Positions 43,537 through 53,487 of a DNA stretch of 64,000 nucleotides are shown one piece after another. Below the pieces are notes generated by a model, which saw nothing but the letters and a program-made list of their open reading frames with translations, did no database searches and was not told where the DNA came from. This DNA is from Promethearchaeota archaeon. GTDB taxonomy: Archaea > Asgardarchaeota > Lokiarchaeia > Sigyniarchaeales > SOKP01. The stretch lies in NCBI GenBank assembly GCA_048941285.1, contig JBHLNS010000007.1:32351-96350 (forward strand). The letters are read 5' to 3'. The position numbers and the translations under genes are program-made. How positions within the stretch are numbered: the stretch's first letter is position 1; the number at the start of each line of letters is the position of its first letter.

Positions 43537-45726
43537 ATGCCTCGTAGAAAAGAAATCACTGAAATCTTAAACTTAATGGAAAAAACTAAAAATATTATTA
43601 ATTTTGGACTCGTAGGGCATATAGATCACGGTAAAACAACTCTTTCTGACTCACTACTAAGTGAAGCAGGATTCTTATCACCAGATTTAGCAGGTGAAGC
43701 TCGTGCTTTAGATTTTCTTGAAGAAGAGCAAAGAAGAGGAATCACGATGAAATCAGCAAATATATCTTTGTATTATGAAAAATCTCTTGAAGAGCATGAA
43801 CCCTTTCTTATCAATTTAGTTGATACACCAGGTCATTTAGATTTTAGTGGGAAAGTTACTCGAGCATTAAGATTAGTAGATGGTGTTGTAGTGGTTGTCG
43901 ACGCAGTTGAGGAAGTAATTACACAATCCGAAACGGTAATTAAGCAAGCATTACAAGAAGGTGTTAAACCTGTATTATTTATAAATAAAGTAGATCGATT
44001 AATCCGAGAATTGAAACTTTCTGATGAACAAATAAAAGAAAAATATATAAGAATTATTAAATCGTTTAACATTTTAATAGAAAGATATGCTGATCACCCA
44101 TTCAATAAAAGATGGAAAGTCTCACCTTTAGCTGGAAACGTTGCATTTGGTTCAGCTCTTCATAAATGGGGATTTACATTAAAAATTCTAGAAAAAAGCG
44201 ATTTAAAATTTAAAGAAATTAGAGAAAGATATAATAAGGATACCTATACAAAAGAGAGTTATGCAGATTTAGTTCATTATTTTCCAATTCATAAAGCAAT
44301 ATTAGAAATGGTGGTAGATCATTTACCAAATCCCATAGAAGCACAAAAATATAGAATTGAAAAAATATGGGATGGAGATATTAATTCTGAAATAGGGAAA
44401 GCAATGGTTAATTGTGACCCTAAAGGTCCTTTAATTGTATGTCTGAGTAAAGTACAAGTTGATAAACATGGTTTAATATCTACAGGAAGGATTTTTTCTG
44501 GAAATTGTACTAACAAAAAGGAAATTTTTCTACTAAATGAAAATAAGTATGAGAAAATACAACGAATCGCTATATTTATGGGACAAAGAAGAGAACAAGT
44601 GGATAAGATTCCCGTAGGAAATATTGTAGCAATTGAAGGCCTCAAGATGATAAAAAGTGGTGAAACTATAATAGATAGTAATAAAATCGATGAGATGGTC
44701 CCATTTGAAAGCGTAAAGTATGTCACTACTCCTGTTGTAACTGTTTCAATCGAACCAGAATATCTAAGAGATTTGGATAAAATGAAAGAATTAATTGAAA
44801 ATCTATTAATTGAAGATCCAAATTTGAAATTTGACATAAACGAAGAAAATGGCGAATTTCTCTTGTCAGGTGCGGGACCTCTCCATCTGGAAGTAACTGC
44901 AAATGAGATCGGAAAAAGAGGCGTAAATGTTTCTATTTCTGAACCAAGAGCAGTTTTCAAAGAATCTTGTCGTATTTCTTCCTCTTTAATTTCAGTAAAA
45001 TCTGCAAATAGTCAAAGTTCTATTAAATTGAAAATTGAGCGGTTGGACAATAAAACTGTAAAGTTTTTTCAGAATATCGATTATAGAACAATAAAGCCTT
45101 TCACGAAATTGAAGGAAATATTGAATGATAAAACAGCTCTTAATAAGGTAGAAATCGAAAATTTTTGGATGTGTGATTATGATCAAAATATTTTGATATA
45201 TAATGGTGAATTTGAATTAAATGAATTTTATAAAAGCGTAATTCTGGAAATAATCGAAAATATCCACTTAAATGGCCCACTCTGCAGTGAAAAATTAGCA
45301 GAGGTTAAAATTACCATTGAAAAGTTAAATATTCAAAATATTTCAGATGAAAATATATTTACTGAACTATCTGCTATGTTTTACGAGGCTATTAAGAAAG
45401 GATTAAATCAAGCAGAATTAATTCTTTTAGAACCAATATATCATACGATTATTCAACTTCCTCCCGATTATATTAAAAATACGATCACATTGCTTACAAA
45501 ATATTCAGCTAAAATTAGGACTATAGATCAGGATAAGGAATATCAAGCCATCATGGAAATATTAATCCCAGTAAGGCATTCAATTAAATTTGCTGAAGAA
45601 ATTCGTTCAGCGAGTTCTGGAAGAGCATTTTGGCAGAATGAATTTTATGCATTTATGGAGGTTCCACACCATGAATCTCAAAAACTAGTTCAAGATATAA
45701 AGTTTATTAAGGGAATATCATGGTAA
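43537..45726 (+). CDS. Elongation factor 2 paralog (aEF-2p-like, no diphthamide His)
   Basis: GHIDHGKTT, RGIT, DTPGH, NKVD, GPLHLE; domain IV lacks HRG (reads NIQNISDENIFTEL). Confidence 0.88.
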   Translation: MPRRKEITEILNLMEKTKNIINFGLVGHIDHGKTTLSDSLLSEAGFLSPDLAGEARALDFLEEEQRRGITMKSANISLYYEKSLEEHEPFLINLVDTPGHLDFSGKVTRALRLVDGVVVVVDAVEEVITQSETVIKQALQEGVKPVLFINKVDRLIRELKLSDEQIKEKYIRIIKSFNILIERYADHPFNKRWKVSPLAGNVAFGSALHKWGFTLKILEKSDLKFKEIRERYNKDTYTKESYADLVHYFPIHKAILEMVVDHLPNPIEAQKYRIEKIWDGDINSEIGKAMVNCDPKGPLIVCLSKVQVDKHGLISTGRIFSGNCTNKKEIFLLNENKYEKIQRIAIFMGQRREQVDKIPVGNIVAIEGLKMIKSGETIIDSNKIDEMVPFESVKYVTTPVVTVSIEPEYLRDLDKMKELIENLLIEDPNLKFDINEENGEFLLSGAGPLHLEVTANEIGKRGVNVSISEPRAVFKESCRISSSLISVKSANSQSSIKLKIERLDNKTVKFFQNIDYRTIKPFTKLKEILNDKTALNKVEIENFWMCDYDQNILIYNGEFELNEFYKSVILEIIENIHLNGPLCSEKLAEVKITIEKLNIQNISDENIFTELSAMFYEAIKKGLNQAELILLEPIYHTIIQLPPDYIKNTITLLTKYSAKIRTIDQDKEYQAIMEILIPVRHSIKFAEEIRSASSGRAFWQNEFYAFMEVPHHESQKLVQDIKFIKGISW

Positions 45727-45822
45727 AATGTGATATCAGTTTTGATTTTGAAAAATTTACAGATGATATTTAAAATTTGATTCCTTAAAGTAAGTACTTA
45801 TTAATAATAAATAAATAAGATA

Positions 45823-45924
45823 TGCGCCCGCCGGGAATTGAAGTCCCTAGCACCTCCGAGATGGAGAAGCTTCCCGGGTCGCGAGGTTGGGAACCTAGCA
45901 TACTTACCACTATACTACGAGCGC
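45823..45924 (-). tRNA. tRNA-Gly(CCC) with 30-nt intron at non-canonical 53/54 (45843-45872)
   Basis: GCGCTCG/CGGGCGC acceptor, CCC anticodon; T-arm CCGGG|TTCAATT CCCGG restored after removal; relaxed BHB with GGA and ACU bulges. Confidence 0.88.
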
Positions 45925-46061
45925 AATTCTTTATCCCAGTTCCATTATTTAAGACTTACTATAGAAATATATATAACAATAATTAGGATTAATAATTAAA
46001 ACTTTTTATCTAACTAACAAATACTGGAAAATGACTCTATCTCTACATAAAGGAGGTAGTT

Positions 46062-46275
46062 ATTGGATTAAATAATAAAGAAAAAAGATTATTATTTCTA
46101 AAATATGGATAGATTAGAAATAGTTATGAAAGAATTAGATGTTAATATTCAGGGATCAGGTATAGGTTTAATCCTTTCTAGAGAGATTGTGGAAATTCAC
46201 CATGATAATATTTTAGTTGAGCCTAAGGAGGGATACAAAGTTTCCAATTCTATTATAACATTACCCATATCTTAG
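46062..46275 (+). pseudogene. Degenerate sensor histidine kinase HATPase C-terminal fragment
   Basis: IGLNNKEKRLLFLKYG* then a frameshift to QGSGIGLILSREIVEIHHDNILVE...IITLPIS*; G1/F/G2 box remnants. Confidence 0.75.
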
Positions 46276-46370
46276 ATAATGGTCAAATTTTTCGAAATAC
46301 TTTTCTTTTTCTTTCTATTTTCATATATAAGATATTTTTTTATACATTTATCGTTTTGAATTCTTAATTT

Positions 46371-47024
46371 ATGGAGAAATTGGATTTAGTTATAGCAAAG
46401 ATAAATAAAGTAATACCTGGAAGAATATTTGGGTTACTTTCGATCACTTTTGGGATTTTAGGCGATATATTAGCTTTTTTAATGTTCCCTGAATACAATT
46501 TTTTAACTATGCCAGTAAGTACATTATGTCTGGGATCAGGTGGAATATTTTTCAATATTGGGAACATTTTTTCAGGAATATTTGCTGTGATATTTGTAAA
46601 TACTCTTATAAGAACATTTAATGAAAAATATATTAGTATAAAATTAAAAAAAATCGCACTTATTTGCGCAAATATCTCTTGCATTAGTTTTATTGTACTA
46701 GGAGCATTCTGTGGTTCTAATACTATAGTCAAATATCTTCATGGTACTGCAGCTATTATTAGTTGGGGATTTGGTTATTGTTATCTTACCTTGTATAATA
46801 TATTAATGCTAAAAGATAATAAATACTCAATAAAACTTGCCATTTTTGGCATCATTATCACTTTTCCTCTTCTTATATTAATGGTATTGTTTTTCTTACA
46901 TTTTATTCCTGTGTTAAATGCTCCCTTAATAATAATTTTACCAGGTTTAGAGTGGATAAATACAATTTCAGTAATCTTGTGGTATTTATGTGTCTCGACA
47001 TATATGATCTATAAAAGGTTTTAA
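46371..47024 (+). CDS. DUF998-like membrane protein, paralog 1
   Basis: PEYN...VSTL, FNIG, LHG, LEW pattern. Confidence 0.7.
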   Translation: MEKLDLVIAKINKVIPGRIFGLLSITFGILGDILAFLMFPEYNFLTMPVSTLCLGSGGIFFNIGNIFSGIFAVIFVNTLIRTFNEKYISIKLKKIALICANISCISFIVLGAFCGSNTIVKYLHGTAAIISWGFGYCYLTLYNILMLKDNKYSIKLAIFGIIITFPLLILMVLFFLHFIPVLNAPLIIILPGLEWINTISVILWYLCVSTYMIYKRF

Positions 47025-47100
47025 GTCTAAACTAACCTTATTTTGTTATTTTGATATATTATAGAAATTTTTTTAAATTATAAAAGGTAGACAGATTATT

Positions 47101-47835
47101 ATGAGCAGTGTGTTGTCTATGGTTCTATTTTTTGGTTTTTTTTTTGTTTGTTTTAATTTTTTGTTTTTTTTATATATTTTTTTTAATATACCTGAATATA
47201 TTTTCGGATTAGTAGCATTTATAATTGGAATTTTAGGATATATAATTTCATTAATTCTAACACCGGATTATATAATGTGGAGACTATCTATTAGTAATTT
47301 ATTACTTGAAGAATTTGGCTATTTCGCTAGAATCGGGTTAATAGTCTCTAATACTATTGCAATTCCTTATATTATTGTTTTAGGAAGAACTCAAATACAT
47401 GAAAATGCAAATGAATTTATTAGAAAGATAGCAGTTTTTGCAGGAATCTTTGCTTGCGTGAATGCAATATTAACTGGGATTGTTGCAGCACACCATCCTA
47501 TCATTGCTACTTTGCATGGTTTGTTTGTACTCTTAAGTTGGATTAGTGGTGCAATAACCACTTTTGCTTTTAGTCTTTTAATGTTGAAAAATCCAAATTT
47601 TTCGAAGTTAATAATAATTAGTGGTTTTCTTGTAGCAGGGATTTTTATAGGCTTTTTGATACCCTTTTTCATCACTAACTTTTGTTCGTATTTTCCCGCT
47701 TTTTGTTATTCTTTTGGTCAAATGGTATATGTTGTATTACCTACTTGGGAATGGGCAGTAGTTTTATCTATTCTTTATTGGTACTTTTCTAATTCTCTAT
47801 ATATGTTTTATAAAAAAGATTTATTATTTTCATAA
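47101..47835 (+). CDS. DUF998-like membrane protein, paralog 2
   Basis: PDY...ISNL, LHG, WEW; N-terminus is low-complexity poly-T. Confidence 0.7.
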   Translation: MSSVLSMVLFFGFFFVCFNFLFFLYIFFNIPEYIFGLVAFIIGILGYIISLILTPDYIMWRLSISNLLLEEFGYFARIGLIVSNTIAIPYIIVLGRTQIHENANEFIRKIAVFAGIFACVNAILTGIVAAHHPIIATLHGLFVLLSWISGAITTFAFSLLMLKNPNFSKLIIISGFLVAGIFIGFLIPFFITNFCSYFPAFCYSFGQMVYVVLPTWEWAVVLSILYWYFSNSLYMFYKKDLLFS

Positions 47836-47867
47836 CTAGTTTTGATAAATGAAATTCAAGATGTGAT

Positions 47868-48548
47868 ATGTTAATGAATAAAATAAAATTTGAAAAAGAT
47901 CTTAAAATTGATAAAAATGATGCTCTAATTGTCGTGGATATGCAATATGATTTTATACCAGGAGGGTCATTACCAGTTGAGGAAGGAGATGTTATTATAG
48001 ATGGAATTAATCAAATTTCAGAATTGTTCAAAAAACATAAAGCAACCATAATATTGACTCAGGATTGGCACCCTCAAAATCATGCATCATTTGCGAGTAC
48101 CCATCCTGGTAAAAATCCGGGTGATGAATTTACGTCTGAAAATGGAGCAATAGGCCCAGTACTATGGCCAGATCATTGTGTACAAAATACGAAAGGAGCA
48201 GAATTTCATTATGATTTAAAAATTGATTTAGCGGACAAAGTAATTAGAAAGGGTACGAATCATACTGTTGATAGTTATTCTGGATTCCTAGAAAACGATA
48301 AGAAAACAGAAACAGGAATGAGAGATTATTTAGATTCAAAAAAAATCCAGCGAATTTTCATTTGCGGATTAGCATTAGATTACTGTTGTTACTATACTGC
48401 TATGGATGGGTTTGAATTTGGGTATGAAGTATATTTATTAGTAGAGCTTACAAGGGGTATCGATCTACCGAAAGGAAGTGTTAGAAACGCTTTAGAAACT
48501 ATGAGTAAGACTGGCATTAAATTTGTTAATATTAACAGTTTTTTATAA
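47868..48548 (+). CDS. pncA: Nicotinamidase/pyrazinamidase
   Basis: VDMQYDF.PGGSL, TQDWHP, LWPDHC, RKG, DSYSGF, GLALDYC. Confidence 0.93.
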   Translation: MLMNKIKFEKDLKIDKNDALIVVDMQYDFIPGGSLPVEEGDVIIDGINQISELFKKHKATIILTQDWHPQNHASFASTHPGKNPGDEFTSENGAIGPVLWPDHCVQNTKGAEFHYDLKIDLADKVIRKGTNHTVDSYSGFLENDKKTETGMRDYLDSKKIQRIFICGLALDYCCYYTAMDGFEFGYEVYLLVELTRGIDLPKGSVRNALETMSKTGIKFVNINSFL

Positions 48549-48584
48549 AAATAGTTTTTTTAAATCGTTCTTTCTATCTTATTA

Positions 48585-49064
48585 ATGAATATTAAATTTC
48601 CTTATCAAAATATCTTAATTGTATGTTCGGTTAATACAGCTAGGTCACGTATGGCTGAAGGCTTTTTAAAAGACTTTTTTTCGAAAGTAAGGTTAAACGT
48701 TATTGTATCTTCTGGGGGAATAGCTTCAAACGCTCGAGATGGCATGTTAATATCAATGGATGCTAAACTAGCTATGGAAGAATTAGGGATTAAATTATCT
48801 GAAACTGCTTTATCTAAGGATTTGAAAAAGAATCCTAAGTTAATCGAGAGGGCAGATTTAATTCTCACCTTAACAGATAAACATAAGGAAGAACTCTATA
48901 ATTTTTTTAATGTTGATGGCAAAGTAATATTAACTATTAAAGAATTTGCAGGAGAAACTGGAGATATTGAAGATCCAAGTATGAAAGAACTTGAAGGTTT
49001 TAGAAAAGCCCGAAATGAGATTATTGATTGTTTAATGAAGGGATTAAATAAATATGAGTTTTGA
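48585..49064 (+). CDS. Low molecular weight phosphatase (LMW-PTP/ArsC fold)
   Basis: P-loop CSVNTARS, DIEDP. Confidence 0.85.
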   Translation: MNIKFPYQNILIVCSVNTARSRMAEGFLKDFFSKVRLNVIVSSGGIASNARDGMLISMDAKLAMEELGIKLSETALSKDLKKNPKLIERADLILTLTDKHKEELYNFFNVDGKVILTIKEFAGETGDIEDPSMKELEGFRKARNEIIDCLMKGLNKYEF

Positions 49065-49067
49065 AAT

Positions 49068-49910
49068 ATGATACAGTATATCTTTATTGCAATATTACAA
49101 GGTCTGTTTGAATGGCTTCCAATATCTTCTAGTGGTCAAACATTTCTCATAGCTATAAATATCTTTAATATTTCTCCTGATGAAGCATATAGTTTATCTA
49201 TTTGGCTTCATTTAGGTACTACTTTGGCTGTTTTAGTAAAATTTAGAAATGATTATTATAAAATATTTAAAAGTTTTTTACCAAATAAGTCTATTGTAGA
49301 TGAAATTGATATAAAAAAAAGAAATTGGCTTATTTATGCTACTTTAGGAACTGGAATTACTGCTCTGCCACTTTATTTTATTTTCAGAATTATCATTTTA
49401 GGCGCATTTACAGCCTTTCAAGGTGATTTGATAACTCTGATTATTTCAGGTTTATTAATTCTTACAGGGATAATTCTTCTCAAAACTAGAAAAATATATG
49501 GAAAAAATACTGTAGAAGAAATTTCGAAAGATATAATACTAAAAGACAGTTTTATATCTGGTATTATTCAAGGTACTTCTATATTACCAGGCATTTCTCG
49601 TTCAGGAGTTACTGTATCTGCCATTTTATTGGAAAAATATAACCAGGATAATGCCTTAAAATTAAGCTTTTTAATGTCAGTACCAGTTGTTATCGCTTCT
49701 ATTATTGTTGATACTCTATTTGGAAATGGTTCAATTTTTGGATTCGGAGTAATCTTAATTAGTATTACAACCTTAATTAGTTTTTTAGTTGGTTATTTAA
49801 CAATAGAAGTATTACTCCGAATTGCTCAAAAGATTAGTTTTGGCTATTTTTGTATTTCATATGGACTGGTAACTTATCTAATAATTGTACCTTTTTTATT
49901 TTTAGCCTAA
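49068..49910 (+). CDS. uppP: Undecaprenyl-diphosphate phosphatase (BacA family)
   Basis: QGLFEWLPISSSG, HLGT, LPGISRSG. Confidence 0.92.
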   Translation: MIQYIFIAILQGLFEWLPISSSGQTFLIAINIFNISPDEAYSLSIWLHLGTTLAVLVKFRNDYYKIFKSFLPNKSIVDEIDIKKRNWLIYATLGTGITALPLYFIFRIIILGAFTAFQGDLITLIISGLLILTGIILLKTRKIYGKNTVEEISKDIILKDSFISGIIQGTSILPGISRSGVTVSAILLEKYNQDNALKLSFLMSVPVVIASIIVDTLFGNGSIFGFGVILISITTLISFLVGYLTIEVLLRIAQKISFGYFCISYGLVTYLIIVPFLFLA

Positions 49911-50815
49911 AGATTTAACACGTAATCTTTAATAAAGTCTTTTAACACATTTTCTATGTTTGAAATGCCTACGAAACTTGGAAAATCATTCAAGTCTATA
50001 ATATAATAGATATTTTGGTTAATAGGGCGAACTAGGTCAAATCCAAAAATTTTAAGGTTTAATTTTGCAGATAAAATATTTGATAATTTTACAATATCTT
50101 TTGTCACTCTAAACCTTTCCCTTTCAATTAAGCTCACATCAATATTTTCAGGTTTTTCTCTTAAAAATTTATAAATTGGATTTTCTCTTTTAATTCCAAA
50201 AACTTTATCTCCAACTACATATATCTTACGCTCGATTCCATCACTCTCGATGAATTTTTGTATATATACATCATAATATAAAAACTCCTTATATCTTTCA
50301 CAAAACTTATCAACCTCCTCAATCTTTTGCACTAAAAAATTAAATCGATTATATTTATCATGCTGATAATGACTTTTGATAACTATTGGTAATTTTGGTA
50401 AAGCCCATTCTTTAAATTTTTCAACGTCTGATAAAGTTTGATTCCATGAGTCAGGCATTAGAAAATTTTTTAGTTCTTTTTTATGATCTTCCAATGTTTT
50501 TCTCAATCCATAATCCAGAGCAATTTTATTCTTACAATTTAGGATTGTATCTACATTGTGTAGAGTAGGTATATTATAAAGTTTAGCGAAATGCAAAAGA
50601 TCGATAGAACATTCATTCCTTACCTTTAAAATGATTAGATCAGCATTTTTGAACTTTTCTGGCATATTAGAAAGAGAAAAAAAATCTTTTGTCGGATCAT
50701 GGAGAATTAATTCAAAATCTCTTATCTTTTTTAATTTCATAACTAACTTTTTAACTATTACATGATCTTGATTTGCTGAAAAAACTACTTTTTTAACCAT
50801 ATTATCTGATTCCAA
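49907..50815 (-). CDS. ATP-grasp protein, ITPK1-like inositol phosphate kinase 1
   Basis: QKFI, KIYVVG, IFGFDLV, YYIIDLNDFPSF (ITPK1-type D.N.FP). Confidence 0.75.
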   Translation of the reverse strand: MESDNMVKKVVFSANQDHVIVKKLVMKLKKIRDFELILHDPTKDFFSLSNMPEKFKNADLIILKVRNECSIDLLHFAKLYNIPTLHNVDTILNCKNKIALDYGLRKTLEDHKKELKNFLMPDSWNQTLSDVEKFKEWALPKLPIVIKSHYQHDKYNRFNFLVQKIEEVDKFCERYKEFLYYDVYIQKFIESDGIERKIYVVGDKVFGIKRENPIYKFLREKPENIDVSLIERERFRVTKDIVKLSNILSAKLNLKIFGFDLVRPINQNIYYIIDLNDFPSFVGISNIENVLKDFIKDYVLNL

Positions 50816-50842
50816 ATTTTTAATGATTTTTTAACCTGTATG

Positions 50843-53275
50843 TTATAAATAGATTGATATAGCTTTTTTATTAAATTCCTCAAATTTTAAAGTCAATTCT
50901 ATTTTATTCATTAAGTTATAATATTGCCATGAATCTATAATATTATTATTAACTTGAATTGATGATGGCTTTTTTTCAGAATAAATTAATACTTTAATTA
51001 TATTATTTTTTGTATATTCTATTATAAAATTTAAACATTCTTCAGTGGCCTTAACATCTAGAATTAATTTTTTCGATAAAGTAATATATTTATCTGGGCA
51101 TCCAATTAAAGCCATTCCATTAACTAAAATGGGACATAAAATATAGTATTTATATTCATATCTTCTCAGTCGACCTACTTCAATAGATTCATCAAAATTA
51201 ATCCGATTTATCCTATCAGAATTATAGTCATAGAGGATATATTGTTTATCTGTAAATCCAAGTTCTTGAAGTGTAAAATATGTTTCTTTGACTCTTTTAG
51301 GCCAAATATTAGAGATTAAGATGTAATTCCATTTTAAGTTATCTATTTTAGTATAAGTATTACATATATAATATTTCCTGTGTTTCTTAAACATTAAATC
51401 GTTTGCTGTTAATGCTTTATCAGGTTTCAATAATAAACCGTCATCCCTGCATGTTTTCTGCAGAAGTGTCCAATTAACATTCTCTTTTTTATCCCCGGGA
51501 GCAACCACACCTGCGTTTAAAATCTGATATAAACAGTTAAACTTAGGAAAGTTGTCACTAAATGGCCTGAATCTGATATTTTCCTTTGGGCGAGAACGAA
51601 ACACATCTGGATGTGAATTAATTCCTATCGCATTAAAAAGAATGTTTGTTTGAGTAGAATGTATAAATCTATATGTTAATGGCCATCTATGATTATAGTC
51701 CTCTGAGCATCGAGAAATACTAATATTTGAGTGTTTTATACTATAAAGTAAGATTCCTGGGGTTTGCATACAATAGAAAATATCAAGCCCTTTTTCTTTA
51801 GCAGCAGTAGCCATGTTATTTAGCCAATTTTCTTGAGCATCACACTTTTGCCTCAAAATAGGCATACTTGAAATTTGATTCTTCAACCAATCCTGTTCAT
51901 AAACTTGAATCCCATATTCTTTAGCATGATTCATTAACCATTGCCAAAATGCTTTTTTCAGAGGTACAGCATGATTTTTATAGGTTTCAAACTCAAATTT
52001 ATGAATATAAGGAGATCTTGCATCCCAACGGCGATTATGAGCTGTAATCGGCTTTTTAAATTTTTCATGATAAAAAGTTTTTAAATCTGTATTGAAATTT
52101 TTTGGATCTGCCTCCCAACGTAATGTATTACCATATAATCCCCCTCCCATTATTCGAATTAAAGGTCTAAACAACGTTGTAAAAGTTTTATTAGTGTGCT
52201 TTAAATACCACCAACTATCAAAATTGTAATACCTTATAGGAATATTATTTGCTTCAAAATATTCCTTAATTGCTAACATTGTATCTTGATAGTTCATTTT
52301 TTTTTCTTTTTTATAATAATAATAAGCACCATTATTTGTCCAATATCCTAAATAAGATGTAACAATATTAGCGTAGAGACTTTTTCGGTTAGAATTATGG
52401 TATTTTAAAAGAATATCTCCTAAGTGTTCCAATGATTTATTAATGCCTTTACCAAGGAGGAGTATAAATTTTTGGGAAAATCCAATCGGTAATTCTTTAA
52501 TTTCACCTTGAATACCGCAATAAATTCTATTCTTTTTATCTTTTAAAATTCTTGAATTTAAAAAACCATCTAAAGGTGATAGTATAACACAATCTAAATT
52601 TTCATCATAAAATATAACAGGTGCTGAAGTAATATTAAGCTCTCTTGAAGGAGGACAAAATTTTGTATTTCTAAATGTAAAAATATTGTTATTAGGGCTT
52701 TGAATTACGAATGATGGGAAGGACGTAAGAAGTTCTGAATTTTCCCCAGAGAATGTATTTTGTAAACCTTCCGGAATAAAAAGATTAAATACAATGAATC
52801 CTTGTGTATGATAATTTCTGGTTGATATATTCACATATCTTTCTTCATCTTCTAATCGAAATTGGGCCTCTATTGATGCAAATTCACCTAATTTATCATC
52901 TCCATCACTTTCAGTAATACTTGTTAATTTAAGAATTTTTGAATCAGTTTTAATGGAATTGTAATTACTGTATTCTTTTGAGTGATGTCTTATTTTTATA
53001 TTTCCATTTATTAATTTTCTTTTCGTACCGAATGAAATTGAGTAGATTCCTGAAGTATCATTAAATTTTATCTTGAATGATTGTTTTTGATTTAAAACTG
53101 GCTTAAATCTTTGTTCCTTTTTAAAATCCTTTGATTTGTATACATAACTAGCATTAAACCTAGGAGAAATAAAAATATTAAAAAACCATGGCAAAAGTAA
53201 ATATAAAAACATAAAAAACAAGGTTAAAATGAAAATAACTAACAAAATTATAAGCAAATAAAAATTAAATGTCAA
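50843..53275 (-). CDS. Membrane-anchored glycoside hydrolase/transglycosylase, clan GH-D-like
   Basis: N-terminal TM; YLGYWTNNGAYYYY, YNFDSWWY, YEQDW, RCSEDY, DGLLLKPD. Confidence 0.55.
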   Translation of the reverse strand: MTFNFYLLIILLVIFILTLFFMFLYLLLPWFFNIFISPRFNASYVYKSKDFKKEQRFKPVLNQKQSFKIKFNDTSGIYSISFGTKRKLINGNIKIRHHSKEYSNYNSIKTDSKILKLTSITESDGDDKLGEFASIEAQFRLEDEERYVNISTRNYHTQGFIVFNLFIPEGLQNTFSGENSELLTSFPSFVIQSPNNNIFTFRNTKFCPPSRELNITSAPVIFYDENLDCVILSPLDGFLNSRILKDKKNRIYCGIQGEIKELPIGFSQKFILLLGKGINKSLEHLGDILLKYHNSNRKSLYANIVTSYLGYWTNNGAYYYYKKEKKMNYQDTMLAIKEYFEANNIPIRYYNFDSWWYLKHTNKTFTTLFRPLIRIMGGGLYGNTLRWEADPKNFNTDLKTFYHEKFKKPITAHNRRWDARSPYIHKFEFETYKNHAVPLKKAFWQWLMNHAKEYGIQVYEQDWLKNQISSMPILRQKCDAQENWLNNMATAAKEKGLDIFYCMQTPGILLYSIKHSNISISRCSEDYNHRWPLTYRFIHSTQTNILFNAIGINSHPDVFRSRPKENIRFRPFSDNFPKFNCLYQILNAGVVAPGDKKENVNWTLLQKTCRDDGLLLKPDKALTANDLMFKKHRKYYICNTYTKIDNLKWNYILISNIWPKRVKETYFTLQELGFTDKQYILYDYNSDRINRINFDESIEVGRLRRYEYKYYILCPILVNGMALIGCPDKYITLSKKLILDVKATEECLNFIIEYTKNNIIKVLIYSEKKPSSIQVNNNIIDSWQYYNLMNKIELTLKFEEFNKKAISIYL

Positions 53276-53487
53276 ATCAACACCAAAAATTTATTTCCAT
53301 AAGATTATATCTAAGAGATATTTTAGATAAATATTGAAGAATTTTAATTTATTTTGCCTTGAATTAAATATCATGAAAAATAATATGTCAATTTTGACAA
53401 TAAAATTAGTCCTTAAATTAAAGGGTTTAAAATCTTTATGATATTTTAAAATGATTTAAATATAATCATTTTATTATACAAAATATT

